In this document: piece by piece, positions 1 to 8,958 of the stretch
Position numbering within the stretch: the stretch's first letter is position 1
How the letters are laid out: each line of letters begins with the position of its first letter
IMG/VR virus record: IMGVR_UViG_3300042397_002774
Coordinates: 32,001 to 96,000 of that record
DNA: 64,000 bases
Reading direction: 5' to 3' (one strand)
Source: a virus
Made by a program: the position numbers and the translations under genes
Notes under the pieces: model-generated
Told to the model about the DNA's origin: nothing
The model's database searches: none
The model's input: only the letters and a program-made list of their open reading frames with translations

Positions 1-66
1 AAGATTATACTCATGTACACCTTCTGTAAATCCCTTTAACCAAATTACAAATTCTTTACTTGTCAT
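1..66 (-). CDS. Hypothetical protein, N-terminal part only (runs off the window start)
   Basis: ATG at 66 gives MTSKEFVIWLKGFTEGVHEYNL, open to base 1. It overlaps the stop of the upstream gene. Confidence 0.55.
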   Translation of the reverse strand, partial: MTSKEFVIWLKGFTEGVHEYNL

Positions 67-1360
67 CTTCAGCTTTATTTAAGGTTGGTAATGTTGTTTT
101 GCTTAGCTTAGGAAGAGGAATTTCTTTAGTAAAATTAGCATCTAATATTTCAACTAATTTTTCACCCATTTTTTCTAAACTAAAATCATTTCGACAAATG
201 TACGACTGTCTCTTTGCTTTTTCAACATATTCATCATAATCTGCATAAACTGCTTTCAATGCTAATGAGGCTTGGTTATAGTCTGGAGTAAACCATTTTG
301 ATTCTGCTATCAACATGTTTTCAACAACAGCACTCTTATCTATTGGTTTTATTTCACCACCAACAAACACACTAAATTCTTTACTTAAGAAATCAGTATG
401 TCCACTCCATCCACTAACAACAATTGGTTTTTGTGCTTGGGTGAATTCAATTAATGGTCTACCATATCCTTCACCTTTAGTTAAGCTTAACATTGCTTTT
501 ACTTTAGAATGATTATACAAACCATTCATTTCATCGTCTGTTAATTCTCCATGAAGTAAATAAATGTTTGGTAAATCACCATCAACCATTGATTTAACTT
601 CTTCTATCTTAGCAATCATTTGGTCTCTATCCATAATTGAATAATTACCACCATTTACTTTTAAAATAAGTCCCGGTTTGATTTTTCTATTTTTAAAGGT
701 TTCAAGAAATGCTTTAATGGTTCCACCCATGTTTTTTCTATCTTCTCCAAAACTACCTTGTAACCAATGACCAACAACTAAAAAATTGAAATGCTCAGGA
801 ATACTTTTTAATATATCATCTAAAGTTTCATCAACTTTATTTGTTTTTTTATAAATTTGAGTATCAACTCCTTCAAACAATACTTCTACTGGTGCTGTTG
901 TTTCAATTATCCCAACCACTTCTTCAGGATTATCTTTTTTACGTTGTTCATATTTTGAATTTAAGAATACCTTTTTAGAATGATTACATGAAGTTAATAC
1001 TAAATCCATTCTATTACACCCTTCAATCCAAGTAGTAGCACATAAATCTGTTTCAATACCAGCAGTAATACCAATATTATATTTACCTACTTTTTGAAAT
1101 TCATTAGGTACTGTAATTTGGATCCAAATATCAGGAACATTTTCTAATTTATTATTACTTAGTTGGATACAATCAATAATTTTTTTATGATCAGGATTTG
1201 ATGGTTTTAGAAATCCAAATGGAGTACTACCCCATCTTTGTGATAGGATTTTAACTTCATATTTTTCTGAGTTGATAAGTGCTTTAACTACATCTCTCGA
1301 TCTTGCTCCATATCCACTAAATGTATCTATTGGGCAACTAATTGCTATAACTGGTTTCAT
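56..1360 (-). CDS. Glycosyltransferase, GT-B fold (GT4-like)
   Basis: N-terminal SGYG, RKN motif, C-terminal EGYGRPLIE (E-x7-E nucleotide-sugar binding motif). Confidence 0.85.
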   Translation of the reverse strand: MKPVIAISCPIDTFSGYGARSRDVVKALINSEKYEVKILSQRWGSTPFGFLKPSNPDHKKIIDCIQLSNNKLENVPDIWIQITVPNEFQKVGKYNIGITAGIETDLCATTWIEGCNRMDLVLTSCNHSKKVFLNSKYEQRKKDNPEEVVGIIETTAPVEVLFEGVDTQIYKKTNKVDETLDDILKSIPEHFNFLVVGHWLQGSFGEDRKNMGGTIKAFLETFKNRKIKPGLILKVNGGNYSIMDRDQMIAKIEEVKSMVDGDLPNIYLLHGELTDDEMNGLYNHSKVKAMLSLTKGEGYGRPLIEFTQAQKPIVVSGWSGHTDFLSKEFSVFVGGEIKPIDKSAVVENMLIAESKWFTPDYNQASLALKAVYADYDEYVEKAKRQSYICRNDFSLEKMGEKLVEILDANFTKEIPLPKLSKTTLPTLNKAEDDK

Positions 1361-1362
1361 AA

Positions 1363-2817
1363 CTATTCTGCTATTAAATAAGGATTATAATGTTGTGGTT
1401 GATCAGGGGTTTCAATAGGAATCAATTCATATGTGTATCTTGGAGTCCATTTTTTAAATGTTTCTTCAATACCATCTATAACATTTTTAGACATCAATCT
1501 AGCTGACATCATTGATTCATCTGATGTTACCCATTTGTAAGCTGCTTGGCCTCTTTCTTTAAAGTTTTGAGGTGTTATTGTTTTAAGACCATATACTACT
1601 GAAATTTGTTTAGCAATATCAAATGGTTCAGCTCTATCATCAAATATGTAAGGTGTTGGTTGAGAACCTACTAAACTTAAATTGTTTGGAAATACGGGGA
1701 ATGCCCACCCACCACAGTTTTTATATTTACCTCTATGGTTGGAACCAAACTCTTCAGTGAATTTAATCCACTCACCTTTTTCATCTTCAAATCTCATTTG
1801 GTCTTGCATTCCACCTGTTACTGTAGCTATAATAGGTTTACCACACATCATAGATTCAGTTAAACTTAAACCCCATCCTTCATTACTACTAGGTAACACA
1901 GTTGCATCACAAGCATTGTAAAGTAAATTCATTACTTGTGCTGGTTGTTTGCCTTGAGAGAAGATAATGTTTCCACCTTCTTTTCCAAAGATCATATCTC
2001 GCACTGCTTCTAAATCAGTACCATGCTCATCTTTTACATGAGTATGCATTACCAAACAAGTTTTACTTGCTTGTTCTTTGGTTAATTGAGAACGAAATTT
2101 ATTCCATGCTAACATTAAATCAGGTACTGATTTGCGTCTTATGTTTCTAGCATTATATAATAATGTAAAATCATATTTTTTATCACCAAACAATTGTTTT
2201 TTAAACTCTTGTAAAGCTAAATATTCAGGTTTATCTTCAGTGATAGGGAAGAAAATATTTTCATTTATTCCATGAGGAACATATTTAATTACTTTTTCTT
2301 CAGCTGCCTCCCCTAATACAACCCTATTAATGTTTTCTGTTTGTTTACTAATTGCTAGTAAAGCATCACATGACTCGTAGTATGATTTATTATACATTGG
2401 GTAAGGAATACTATCCCAAATGTTTAAATAAATAAGAGGCATTTGTTTTCTTATCTCATGCTCATTTTGAAATAACCAAATCCAATAACGAGGATCTGTA
2501 AAGATCATCATTGCATCTGGTTTTTCATTTTTGATGATTTGGCGTACAAATTCTATAGTGCCGTATCCTTTTACAGGATAAATAAATACACTAGAATCTT
2601 CAATACCAGCGTGTTCGTTAGTACTAGCACAGATATCTAATTTTTTACCTTCTTCAGGGTGATTTACACCACCTCCTAAATTGATCCAATTAAAATGATG
2701 AGCGGTACCCACTACTATTTCTCTAGCCATAGTGGATATACCGCTCGTCATTCTAATATCATCACAAAGTAATAGGATTTTCTTTCTATCCTCTTGTTTA
2801 ATATAACCTTCTTTCAT
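1363..2817 (-). CDS. Glycosyltransferase, GT-B fold (GT4-like)
   Basis: VPHGI, RNIRRK, EGWGLSLTESMMCGKPIIATVTGG GT4 signature. Confidence 0.88.
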   Translation of the reverse strand: MKEGYIKQEDRKKILLLCDDIRMTSGISTMAREIVVGTAHHFNWINLGGGVNHPEEGKKLDICASTNEHAGIEDSSVFIYPVKGYGTIEFVRQIIKNEKPDAMMIFTDPRYWIWLFQNEHEIRKQMPLIYLNIWDSIPYPMYNKSYYESCDALLAISKQTENINRVVLGEAAEEKVIKYVPHGINENIFFPITEDKPEYLALQEFKKQLFGDKKYDFTLLYNARNIRRKSVPDLMLAWNKFRSQLTKEQASKTCLVMHTHVKDEHGTDLEAVRDMIFGKEGGNIIFSQGKQPAQVMNLLYNACDATVLPSSNEGWGLSLTESMMCGKPIIATVTGGMQDQMRFEDEKGEWIKFTEEFGSNHRGKYKNCGGWAFPVFPNNLSLVGSQPTPYIFDDRAEPFDIAKQISVVYGLKTITPQNFKERGQAAYKWVTSDESMMSARLMSKNVIDGIEETFKKWTPRYTYELIPIETPDQPQHYNPYLIAE

Positions 2818-2824
2818 AACGTAG

Positions 2825-3019
2825 TTAGTCTTCTTTTTTCAGTTGTGTATTTAATTGGTTGTGTACCGTTTTACGGAAGTCTTCATCAGTTAAATATAAA
2901 TACATTGCACGCTCTGTTAATTTTTGAATGCTGAATTTATGTTTAACGCAGGCTATTTTGAATTCTTCAAATAACGATTCAGGCACCTTTACACTTGTTA
3001 ATTGCATTTTTTCTGCCAT
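2825..3019 (-). CDS. Ribbon-helix-helix DNA-binding protein
   Basis: 64 aa. LTSVKV beta strand followed by two helices, the CopG/Arc-like pattern. Confidence 0.6.
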   Translation of the reverse strand: MAEKMQLTSVKVPESLFEEFKIACVKHKFSIQKLTERAMYLYLTDEDFRKTVHNQLNTQLKKED

Positions 3020-3044
3020 AGTTTGTAGTTTTTATATATTCGGA

Positions 3045-3052
3045 TATAAATA
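3045..3052 (-). promoter_or_regulatory. Putative phage late-type promoter (TATTTATA on coding strand)
   Basis: Motif recurs upstream of about 15 genes in this window. Confidence 0.55.
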
Positions 3053-3061
3053 TATAAATTT

Positions 3062-4003
3062 TTAAGAGGCTGCAACTTTGTCGCAAAGTTCTGGTTTATC
3101 GTTGTAAGGGCACCATTTGCATGCGCTTTCGCCTACATTTTTAAGATACGACTTTATTTGGGGTTTACCAAATTCATCAAAACAATCTTTAAGAAAACTA
3201 TTAAAATTATCTGTTGCTTGTTTTCGTTTTATTTTACCACTAGCTGGTTTAAATGATTGGACTCTTGGGGTTGGGTATTCTGATTGTTCCCAAATTTTTC
3301 GTTTGACAATGAAGTATTCGACTTCAATTTTCTCAATATCGACCCCAAATTGTTTTGAAAAGTACTCCTTGTATAATAACACTTGAGCAATTTTACTATC
3401 GTCTTTCTTTTCTCTGTCTCCCCATCCTCGTGTTGATGTTTTGATATCATATATATAAATTTTATCTAAATCTTCATCATACAGTACAAAGTCAATAAAT
3501 CCTTTTAAAAATACATTATTAGCAACATTTGTTAATATTGGTATTTCAATACCTAATAATTTTACTCGACGAATACTAAATAATATATTTCTGTTTTTCT
3601 TGATCCATTTCATTATAGCAACAGCATCCTCATAAAATTCTCCCATTTCTTGAGGTGTAGTAAAATGAGATCCCATTTTCTTATATTCCTTAGAATATAC
3701 TTCTGAAAATTTGGCTTGGAATAATTCTTCCAGATCCATTCTATCTGCTGCAGCTCCACTTACATTATACATCGTTTCAAGATACGATTGTATAGTTTCA
3801 TGAAATGCTGTTCCAAACACAGTATGAATACTAGCTTGATAGGGTTGTTTGTTTTCTACGTAAGTTAAATACCACTTATAAGGGCAAGATGCCCACATTG
3901 TGTATTGAGAATAAGATACAGTTTTGTGAAATGCAGGATTAACCTCAGGTTGTTGGTAGTTTTTTATCTTAAGTTCAACCTCAGTTAATTTTTTCTTTCC
4001 CAC
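3062..4003 (-). CDS. PD-(D/E)XK nuclease (RecB/Cas4-like exonuclease)
   Basis: SYSQ..CP, GTAFH, GFID...IYDIKT, QxxxY, C-terminal CKWCPY...C cysteine cluster. Confidence 0.85.
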   Translation of the reverse strand: MGKKKLTEVELKIKNYQQPEVNPAFHKTVSYSQYTMWASCPYKWYLTYVENKQPYQASIHTVFGTAFHETIQSYLETMYNVSGAAADRMDLEELFQAKFSEVYSKEYKKMGSHFTTPQEMGEFYEDAVAIMKWIKKNRNILFSIRRVKLLGIEIPILTNVANNVFLKGFIDFVLYDEDLDKIYIYDIKTSTRGWGDREKKDDSKIAQVLLYKEYFSKQFGVDIEKIEVEYFIVKRKIWEQSEYPTPRVQSFKPASGKIKRKQATDNFNSFLKDCFDEFGKPQIKSYLKNVGESACKWCPYNDKPELCDKVAAS

Positions 4004-4235
4004 TAATTTCTTGTTTAATTTTTTCTAAATACAAGATAGCATCCATATGCTCTTGTTTAGCGTGCTCAATCCACTCAAGTAAAGATAAATCAGTACGGTC
4101 TAAAGTAACACCATATTTTTTCTTCCCCATAATAGCTCTTGTTGTAAACTGAGTAATAATTGAACTTACAACTGAGTCTATTTGGTGTAATTCTCCATTC
4201 TCATCTTCGGTATAATAGTATTCTTTACTTTCCAT
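3981..4235 (-). CDS. Conserved phage protein, possible all-alpha NTP pyrophosphohydrolase (MazG-like) fold
   Basis: KKYGVTLDR...AKQEHMDAILY resembles the acidic helix of MazG-like proteins. Confidence 0.4.
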   Translation of the reverse strand: MESKEYYYTEDENGELHQIDSVVSSIITQFTTRAIMGKKKYGVTLDRTDLSLLEWIEHAKQEHMDAILYLEKIKQEISGKEKIN

Positions 4236-4599
4236 TGATTTGTGATATTATATTATTTAATTCGTCTTTAGGAAGCATTGAAATATATTCTTTAGCTTCC
4301 TTTTTACTTACTTCGAAATACAATGATACTGCTTCTACTTCGCCAGCATCATAATCTTTCTTATTTTTAGGCTTAATATATTTAAGATACTTGTATTGTT
4401 TGGGAATAAGATCCTTATACAAATTGTATAGGTGTTCGCCCTTCATTTGCCAAGTATTCTTTTGAACAACATTAACTACTTCACAATAATCAGGATCCAT
4501 ACTGAGGAAACGATTAATCATCCAGTTGTTCCAACCTTCATCTCCTAAGTATGCTCCTTTATTAGTTGTAATATTTTTAATATGGTCAAATATATTCAT
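4225..4599 (-). CDS. Clamp loader small subunit (T4 gp62-like)
   Basis: WMINRFLSM, YLKYIK and YFEVSKKEAKEY motifs, close to the gp44-like gene. Confidence 0.7.
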   Translation of the reverse strand: MNIFDHIKNITTNKGAYLGDEGWNNWMINRFLSMDPDYCEVVNVVQKNTWQMKGEHLYNLYKDLIPKQYKYLKYIKPKNKKDYDAGEVEAVSLYFEVSKKEAKEYISMLPKDELNNIISQINGK

Positions 4600-4868
4600 T
4601 AGTATTGTCTTGTATTTTGTAATACGTCATTCTTCAATTTATCCATACGACTTGTAAAATGGCTATATTGAGATTTGATTTGTTTATCTAAATTATCATT
4701 AATTGCTCTTTGAAGATTTTCTGATCGTTCAAGTAGGGAATTAGTGTCATAGATTTGTTGACCTAAATCATTTATCTGGTCTTGGAGTTTATCCATTCTT
4801 TTAGTACTATAGTATACTGTAACTGCATTGGCAATTGCTACTATAAGTAATGCTATTGATGTTATCAT
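4599..4868 (-). CDS. Hypothetical membrane-anchored coiled-coil protein
   Basis: N-terminal hydrophobic helix followed by heptads. Coupled to neighbouring genes. Confidence 0.55.
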   Translation of the reverse strand: MITSIALLIVAIANAVTVYYSTKRMDKLQDQINDLGQQIYDTNSLLERSENLQRAINDNLDKQIKSQYSHFTSRMDKLKNDVLQNTRQY

Positions 4869-4871
4869 AAT

Positions 4872-5153
4872 TTAAAATTTAATAATTCTACCACCTTTTT
4901 CTTCTTCAGGTTCAGTGGGTTGTGATTGTGGTTGCTGTCTCATTTGTATTGGTAAGAATTCTTCATTCACACTTCCACAACTCATACAGGCAAACACTTG
5001 AATAGGAATCAAAGCATCTTGTGCTGTTCCTGTTAATAATCGAGATGCTTTTCTAAGCAATACTCCTTCTTGGAAAACTTGACTACCACACTTATCGCAG
5101 GATACTGGTGATGTCTTGTCTAAACCAATGTTTAGGTTCATTTGTTGATCCAT
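4872..5153 (-). CDS. Zn-ribbon hypothetical protein
   Basis: CDKC...CMSC. Start placed at MDQQ (5153), overlapping the gp44-like stop (TAATG). Confidence 0.6.
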   Translation of the reverse strand: MDQQMNLNIGLDKTSPVSCDKCGSQVFQEGVLLRKASRLLTGTAQDALIPIQVFACMSCGSVNEEFLPIQMRQQPQSQPTEPEEEKGGRIIKF

Positions 5154-6073
5154 TATAATACTTGTTTTTTGATTGTTTCTAATACTTTGGCTATACAAGC
5201 AGCAAAGTTAATTTCTTTATCAGGCACTACGCCTGCTCTCCAGATAAAATCATCTAATATAACTGATAGTTGAGCATCATTTCCATAACTAAATTCGGCT
5301 AAATGCTCAAACATATAGCGATAAGCGGTTTGAAAGTCGTCTACTTGAGCATCAGCTACAAGTTGGCGTACTTGATACCAAGCATTTTTCTCGCGTTTAG
5401 ATAGTATTTGAACCAATTGTTTAGTCCAGTTATCATCTAAAGCGGTAACAACTAATTTACTTTCTTTAATATTAGATTGTAATACTTTAATTACAGAACG
5501 AATATCAGGATAAAACTCATTAATGACTTTAGCTACATCAACCATTTCATATATAATACCTTCAACATCTAAAATATTGATGCAGATATGTTTTGCAACA
5601 GCACCTTTAGTTGGTGGTTTGAGCATATGTAATTCACAACGTGATTGAAGTGGTTCAATTAAACGCTCAACATAGTTACAAGTCAATATAAAACGAGTAT
5701 ATGCTGAATATTCCTCAATTAGATTACGTAATGCTGCTTGAGCGGGTTGAGTTAGGAAATCTGCTTCATCCAATATTACAACCTTAATAGGTTGGAATGA
5801 TGCTGTTGAGGCAAATCCCTTAACTTTATCTCTAATTGTATCAATTCCATTCTCATCGCTAGCGTTGAGGTAAAGATAGTCGCATTGAATGTTTCCCACA
5901 ATTAGTTTAGCTAATGTAGTTTTACCTGTACCTGCGCTGCCAGCGAATATAAAATGGGGTATATCATTCTTAGCAATACAATCAGCAATACGATCTTTAA
6001 CAGCATCGTTACCAATGTATTGTTCTAAGGTCTGTGATCTGTATTTTTCTATCCAGAGTGTGTGTTGTTTCAT
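5153..6073 (-). CDS. Clamp loader AAA+ subunit (T4 gp44/RFC small subunit-like)
   Basis: WIEKYR, Walker A GSAGTGKT, NASD, Walker B ILDEAD, LQSRC motif. Confidence 0.93.
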   Translation of the reverse strand: MKQHTLWIEKYRSQTLEQYIGNDAVKDRIADCIAKNDIPHFIFAGSAGTGKTTLAKLIVGNIQCDYLYLNASDENGIDTIRDKVKGFASTASFQPIKVVILDEADFLTQPAQAALRNLIEEYSAYTRFILTCNYVERLIEPLQSRCELHMLKPPTKGAVAKHICINILDVEGIIYEMVDVAKVINEFYPDIRSVIKVLQSNIKESKLVVTALDDNWTKQLVQILSKREKNAWYQVRQLVADAQVDDFQTAYRYMFEHLAEFSYGNDAQLSVILDDFIWRAGVVPDKEINFAACIAKVLETIKKQVL

Positions 6074-6435
6074 AACTGATTTTGATGTTTAATTACATTG
6101 TTAATGTATGCTTCTATATTTGCCTTACCAACAGGATTTGCAGAATGACAATTCCATTTTGGATAAGGAGTATCGGTTAATAGACAATGTCGTCCTAACC
6201 ATACTGCCGCGTCATAACCACTTTTAGTTTCCTTCTTTTGCTCTCTTGCTTTACGTTTAGACATTCCTGCCTCTACTTTTTCTTTAGCAACATCTTCTCC
6301 CAAATCATGGTCGAATGATACTTCATCAGGAACACCATTTAATCTAATCCACGCTACGAAATCATCGTAGTTACGAACGATAACCCACCCCTCTGTTTGA
6401 GGGGTGCGGATATCGTCTAAGTATAACTTTTTCAT
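6070..6435 (-). CDS. Standalone receiver-like domain (cyclic-phosphate-processing REC type)
   Basis: LYLDDIR, SFDHDLG, KSGYD, HSANPVG motifs. Confidence 0.7.
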   Translation of the reverse strand: MKKLYLDDIRTPQTEGWVIVRNYDDFVAWIRLNGVPDEVSFDHDLGEDVAKEKVEAGMSKRKAREQKKETKSGYDAAVWLGRHCLLTDTPYPKWNCHSANPVGKANIEAYINNVIKHQNQL

Positions 6436-6444
6436 GCATTGAAT

Positions 6445-8064
6445 TTACATACCAAATCCTGACATTCCACCCATGTCATCTGCCTTCTTTTCATTAGGTT
6501 TTTCATGGATAACACATTCAGTCATTAGTAATGTAACCGCAGCGGATGCTGCATTTTCTAAGGCGCAACGTACCACCTTAGTAGGATCAATGATACCTGA
6601 TTCAAATGCATCTACTACTGTTTCACCAGTAATGTTTGGAACCATGGTTTTGGTGTTTATTAAGCGGTTATACCACACATTAACTTCTTCACCTGCATTT
6701 TTAAGAATTTGGGTAAATGGAGATTCACAAGCTTTAAATACAATAGAACCACCCATACCAAAATCATTAACACCACGTTTACTAATAGAATTTCTAGCAG
6801 TTAATAATGCTACTCCAGCTCCAGGTAAAATACCTTCTTCAAGTGCTGCCTTAGTTGCTTGAAGGGCATCATCAATACGATCTTTTTTCTCTTCAATCTC
6901 AATTTCATTACCACCACCAACATTGATAATAGCAACTCCACCAACCATTTTACCTAAACGCTCTTGATATTTTTCAATTTCATAAGGTGTAGTATCTGGT
7001 TTATCCATTTGAGTTTTAATACTTAAGATACGCTCTTCAATCTTATCAACATTACCTTTACCATCAACGATTGTAGTAGTATCTTTACCAATAGTAGCAA
7101 CTCTAGATTTACCTAACCAGTTGATATCTAGTTTAGCTAAAGTCATACCTTTTTCAGATGAAACTACTTGTCCACCAGTTAATGTAGCAATATCTTCCAA
7201 AATTGCTGTTCTACGATCCCCAAATTCAGGAGCTTTAACAGCACATACTTGCAATACACCTCTTGCTTTGTTCATTACTAGTGTAGCTAATGCTTCACCA
7301 TCAATGTCTTCAGCAATAATTAAAAGAGACTTACTTTCAGTAGAAACACGTTCAAGTAATGGAAGTAAATCCTTAACTGCACTAATACGCTTATCATAAA
7401 TTAAAATATAAGGGTCATTTAATGTAACTTGCATTGAATTGTTATCGGTTACAAAATAAGGTGATTTATAACCTCTATCAAATTGCAAACCTTCAACAAC
7501 TTCCAATGTTGTTTCACCTGTACGAGATTTCTCTACAGTTACTACTCCATCTCTACCTACTTTATCAATAGCTGTAGCTACAATATTACCAATTTCTTCA
7601 TCACCATTAGCTGATAATGTAGCAATTTGTTTAATTTGTGCTTCATCTGTAATATCTACAGACATTGCTTTTAATTCAACAACTACTTCCTTAACAGCCT
7701 GTTCAATACCACGTTTTACCTGAGTAGCATTAGTTGAAGAGTAAGCTGTTGCTTGCAACGCTTGAGTTGCAATTGAGCGAGCCAATACTGTTGATGTGGT
7801 TGTACCATCACCTGCTTGATCAACTGTCTTTGATGCTGCTTGTTTAATAACAGTTGCAGCCATGTTTTCAATTGGATCTTCCAATGTAATTGATTTAGCT
7901 ACAGTAACACCATCTTTAGTAGATGATACTTGACCATATTCTTTTTCAATTAACACATTACGTCCAAAGGGACCCATTGTTGTTGCTACAGCTTTGTAGA
8001 CCTTGTCTACACCTTCCTGTAGTTTTTCTTTTGCTTCGCGTTCGAAACTGATTATTTTACTCAT
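6445..8064 (-). CDS. groEL: Chaperonin GroEL
   Basis: TMGPFGRNV, KDGVTVAK, AGDGTTT, EGLQFDRGY, GIIDPTKV, GGM tail. Confidence 0.97.
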   Translation of the reverse strand: MSKIISFEREAKEKLQEGVDKVYKAVATTMGPFGRNVLIEKEYGQVSSTKDGVTVAKSITLEDPIENMAATVIKQAASKTVDQAGDGTTTSTVLARSIATQALQATAYSSTNATQVKRGIEQAVKEVVVELKAMSVDITDEAQIKQIATLSANGDEEIGNIVATAIDKVGRDGVVTVEKSRTGETTLEVVEGLQFDRGYKSPYFVTDNNSMQVTLNDPYILIYDKRISAVKDLLPLLERVSTESKSLLIIAEDIDGEALATLVMNKARGVLQVCAVKAPEFGDRRTAILEDIATLTGGQVVSSEKGMTLAKLDINWLGKSRVATIGKDTTTIVDGKGNVDKIEERILSIKTQMDKPDTTPYEIEKYQERLGKMVGGVAIINVGGGNEIEIEEKKDRIDDALQATKAALEEGILPGAGVALLTARNSISKRGVNDFGMGGSIVFKACESPFTQILKNAGEEVNVWYNRLINTKTMVPNITGETVVDAFESGIIDPTKVVRCALENAASAAVTLLMTECVIHEKPNEKKADDMGGMSGFGM

Positions 8065-8067
8065 AGT

Positions 8068-8358
8068 TTATTTTTCTAATACAATTAACAAATCTGTTTC
8101 CTTCATAATAATATATTCCACATCATCAATAGTAACCTTGTTACCCCCAAATGAAGGAAATACCACAACGTCTCCTACTTTAAGTGTTGTTGGAACAAAA
8201 GCCCCTGTTTCTGTTGATCTACCAGGACCAATCTCTACAATTTCTCCTTGTAGTGGTTTTTCTTTACCTAAATCAGCAACAACAATGTTACCATACTTTT
8301 GTTCTTGATTTTCATCTTGTTTAATCACAACGTGATTATGTAATGCTTTTATTTTCAT
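8068..8358 (-). CDS. groES: Co-chaperonin GroES
   Basis: MKIKALHNHVV, KEKPLQGEIVEIGPG, LKVGDVV. Adjacent to groEL. Confidence 0.93.
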   Translation of the reverse strand: MKIKALHNHVVIKQDENQEQKYGNIVVADLGKEKPLQGEIVEIGPGRSTETGAFVPTTLKVGDVVVFPSFGGNKVTIDDVEYIIMKETDLLIVLEK

Positions 8359-8383
8359 TATTTTATTTATTTTATAACTAAAG

Positions 8384-8414
8384 TGAAGATACGACAGGCC
8401 TTTAAGGCTTCAAA
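8384..8414 (-). promoter_or_regulatory. Bacteroidota-type -33/-7 promoter upstream of groES
   Basis: TTTG-N19-TATCTTCA on the minus strand. Confidence 0.55.
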
Positions 8415-8416
8415 AC

Positions 8417-8860
8417 TTATTTTTTCTTACTTGGTTTTTCTTCAAGTGGAGCATTAATCGAAATTTTCTTTGGTGCTCTTTCTTCTGATAAAGGAATATC
8501 AATAATTAACAAACCTTTATCCATAGAAGCAGTTAATTGAGCCAAGTCAAATTTCATTGCTACTTTGTAAGCTAAGTCAAAGGAACGGCGTGCTATACCT
8601 CTTTGGATATAGTTGCGTTCTACTTCTGTTGCTTTTCTGTCGTGTGTGATTCTAAGGGTATCTCCCTCTACTAGGATATCTAGGTCTTCTTGATTGAGAC
8701 CTACTACTGCTAATTCGAAACGTAAACCATTTTCTGTTTCGTAAATATCAACTGGGTAGTTGATTTTGTTTTCAATTGAACTGAAAGTTGAATTTGCATC
8801 TAGAAAATTTTTCCAAACGATGTCGAATGGGTCCATTGCCCAACGTTGTAATTGTGTCAT
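8417..8860 (-). CDS. Small heat-shock protein (Hsp20/alpha-crystallin)
   Basis: YPVDIYE, ELAVVG, RGIARRSF, MDKGLLII. Confidence 0.9.
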   Translation of the reverse strand: MTQLQRWAMDPFDIVWKNFLDANSTFSSIENKINYPVDIYETENGLRFELAVVGLNQEDLDILVEGDTLRITHDRKATEVERNYIQRGIARRSFDLAYKVAMKFDLAQLTASMDKGLLIIDIPLSEERAPKKISINAPLEEKPSKKK

Positions 8861-8942
8861 TTTTTTACATTTTATGCTTCCCTAAGGTAAGCGGTTAAAC
8901 ATTAATTTAATATTTCATAACTGAGACCTGTCGTATCTCAAG

Positions 8943-8950
8943 TATAAATA
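8943..8950 (-). promoter_or_regulatory. Putative late-type promoter (TATTTATA) upstream of hsp20
   Basis: Recurrent motif. Confidence 0.5.
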
Positions 8951-8958
8951 TGATGTTT

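Noticed and set aside
3062-4003. Cas4 as evidence of a CRISPR-Cas system
   Set aside because: No other cas genes or array are present. Solo PD-(D/E)XK nucleases are common in phage replication modules.
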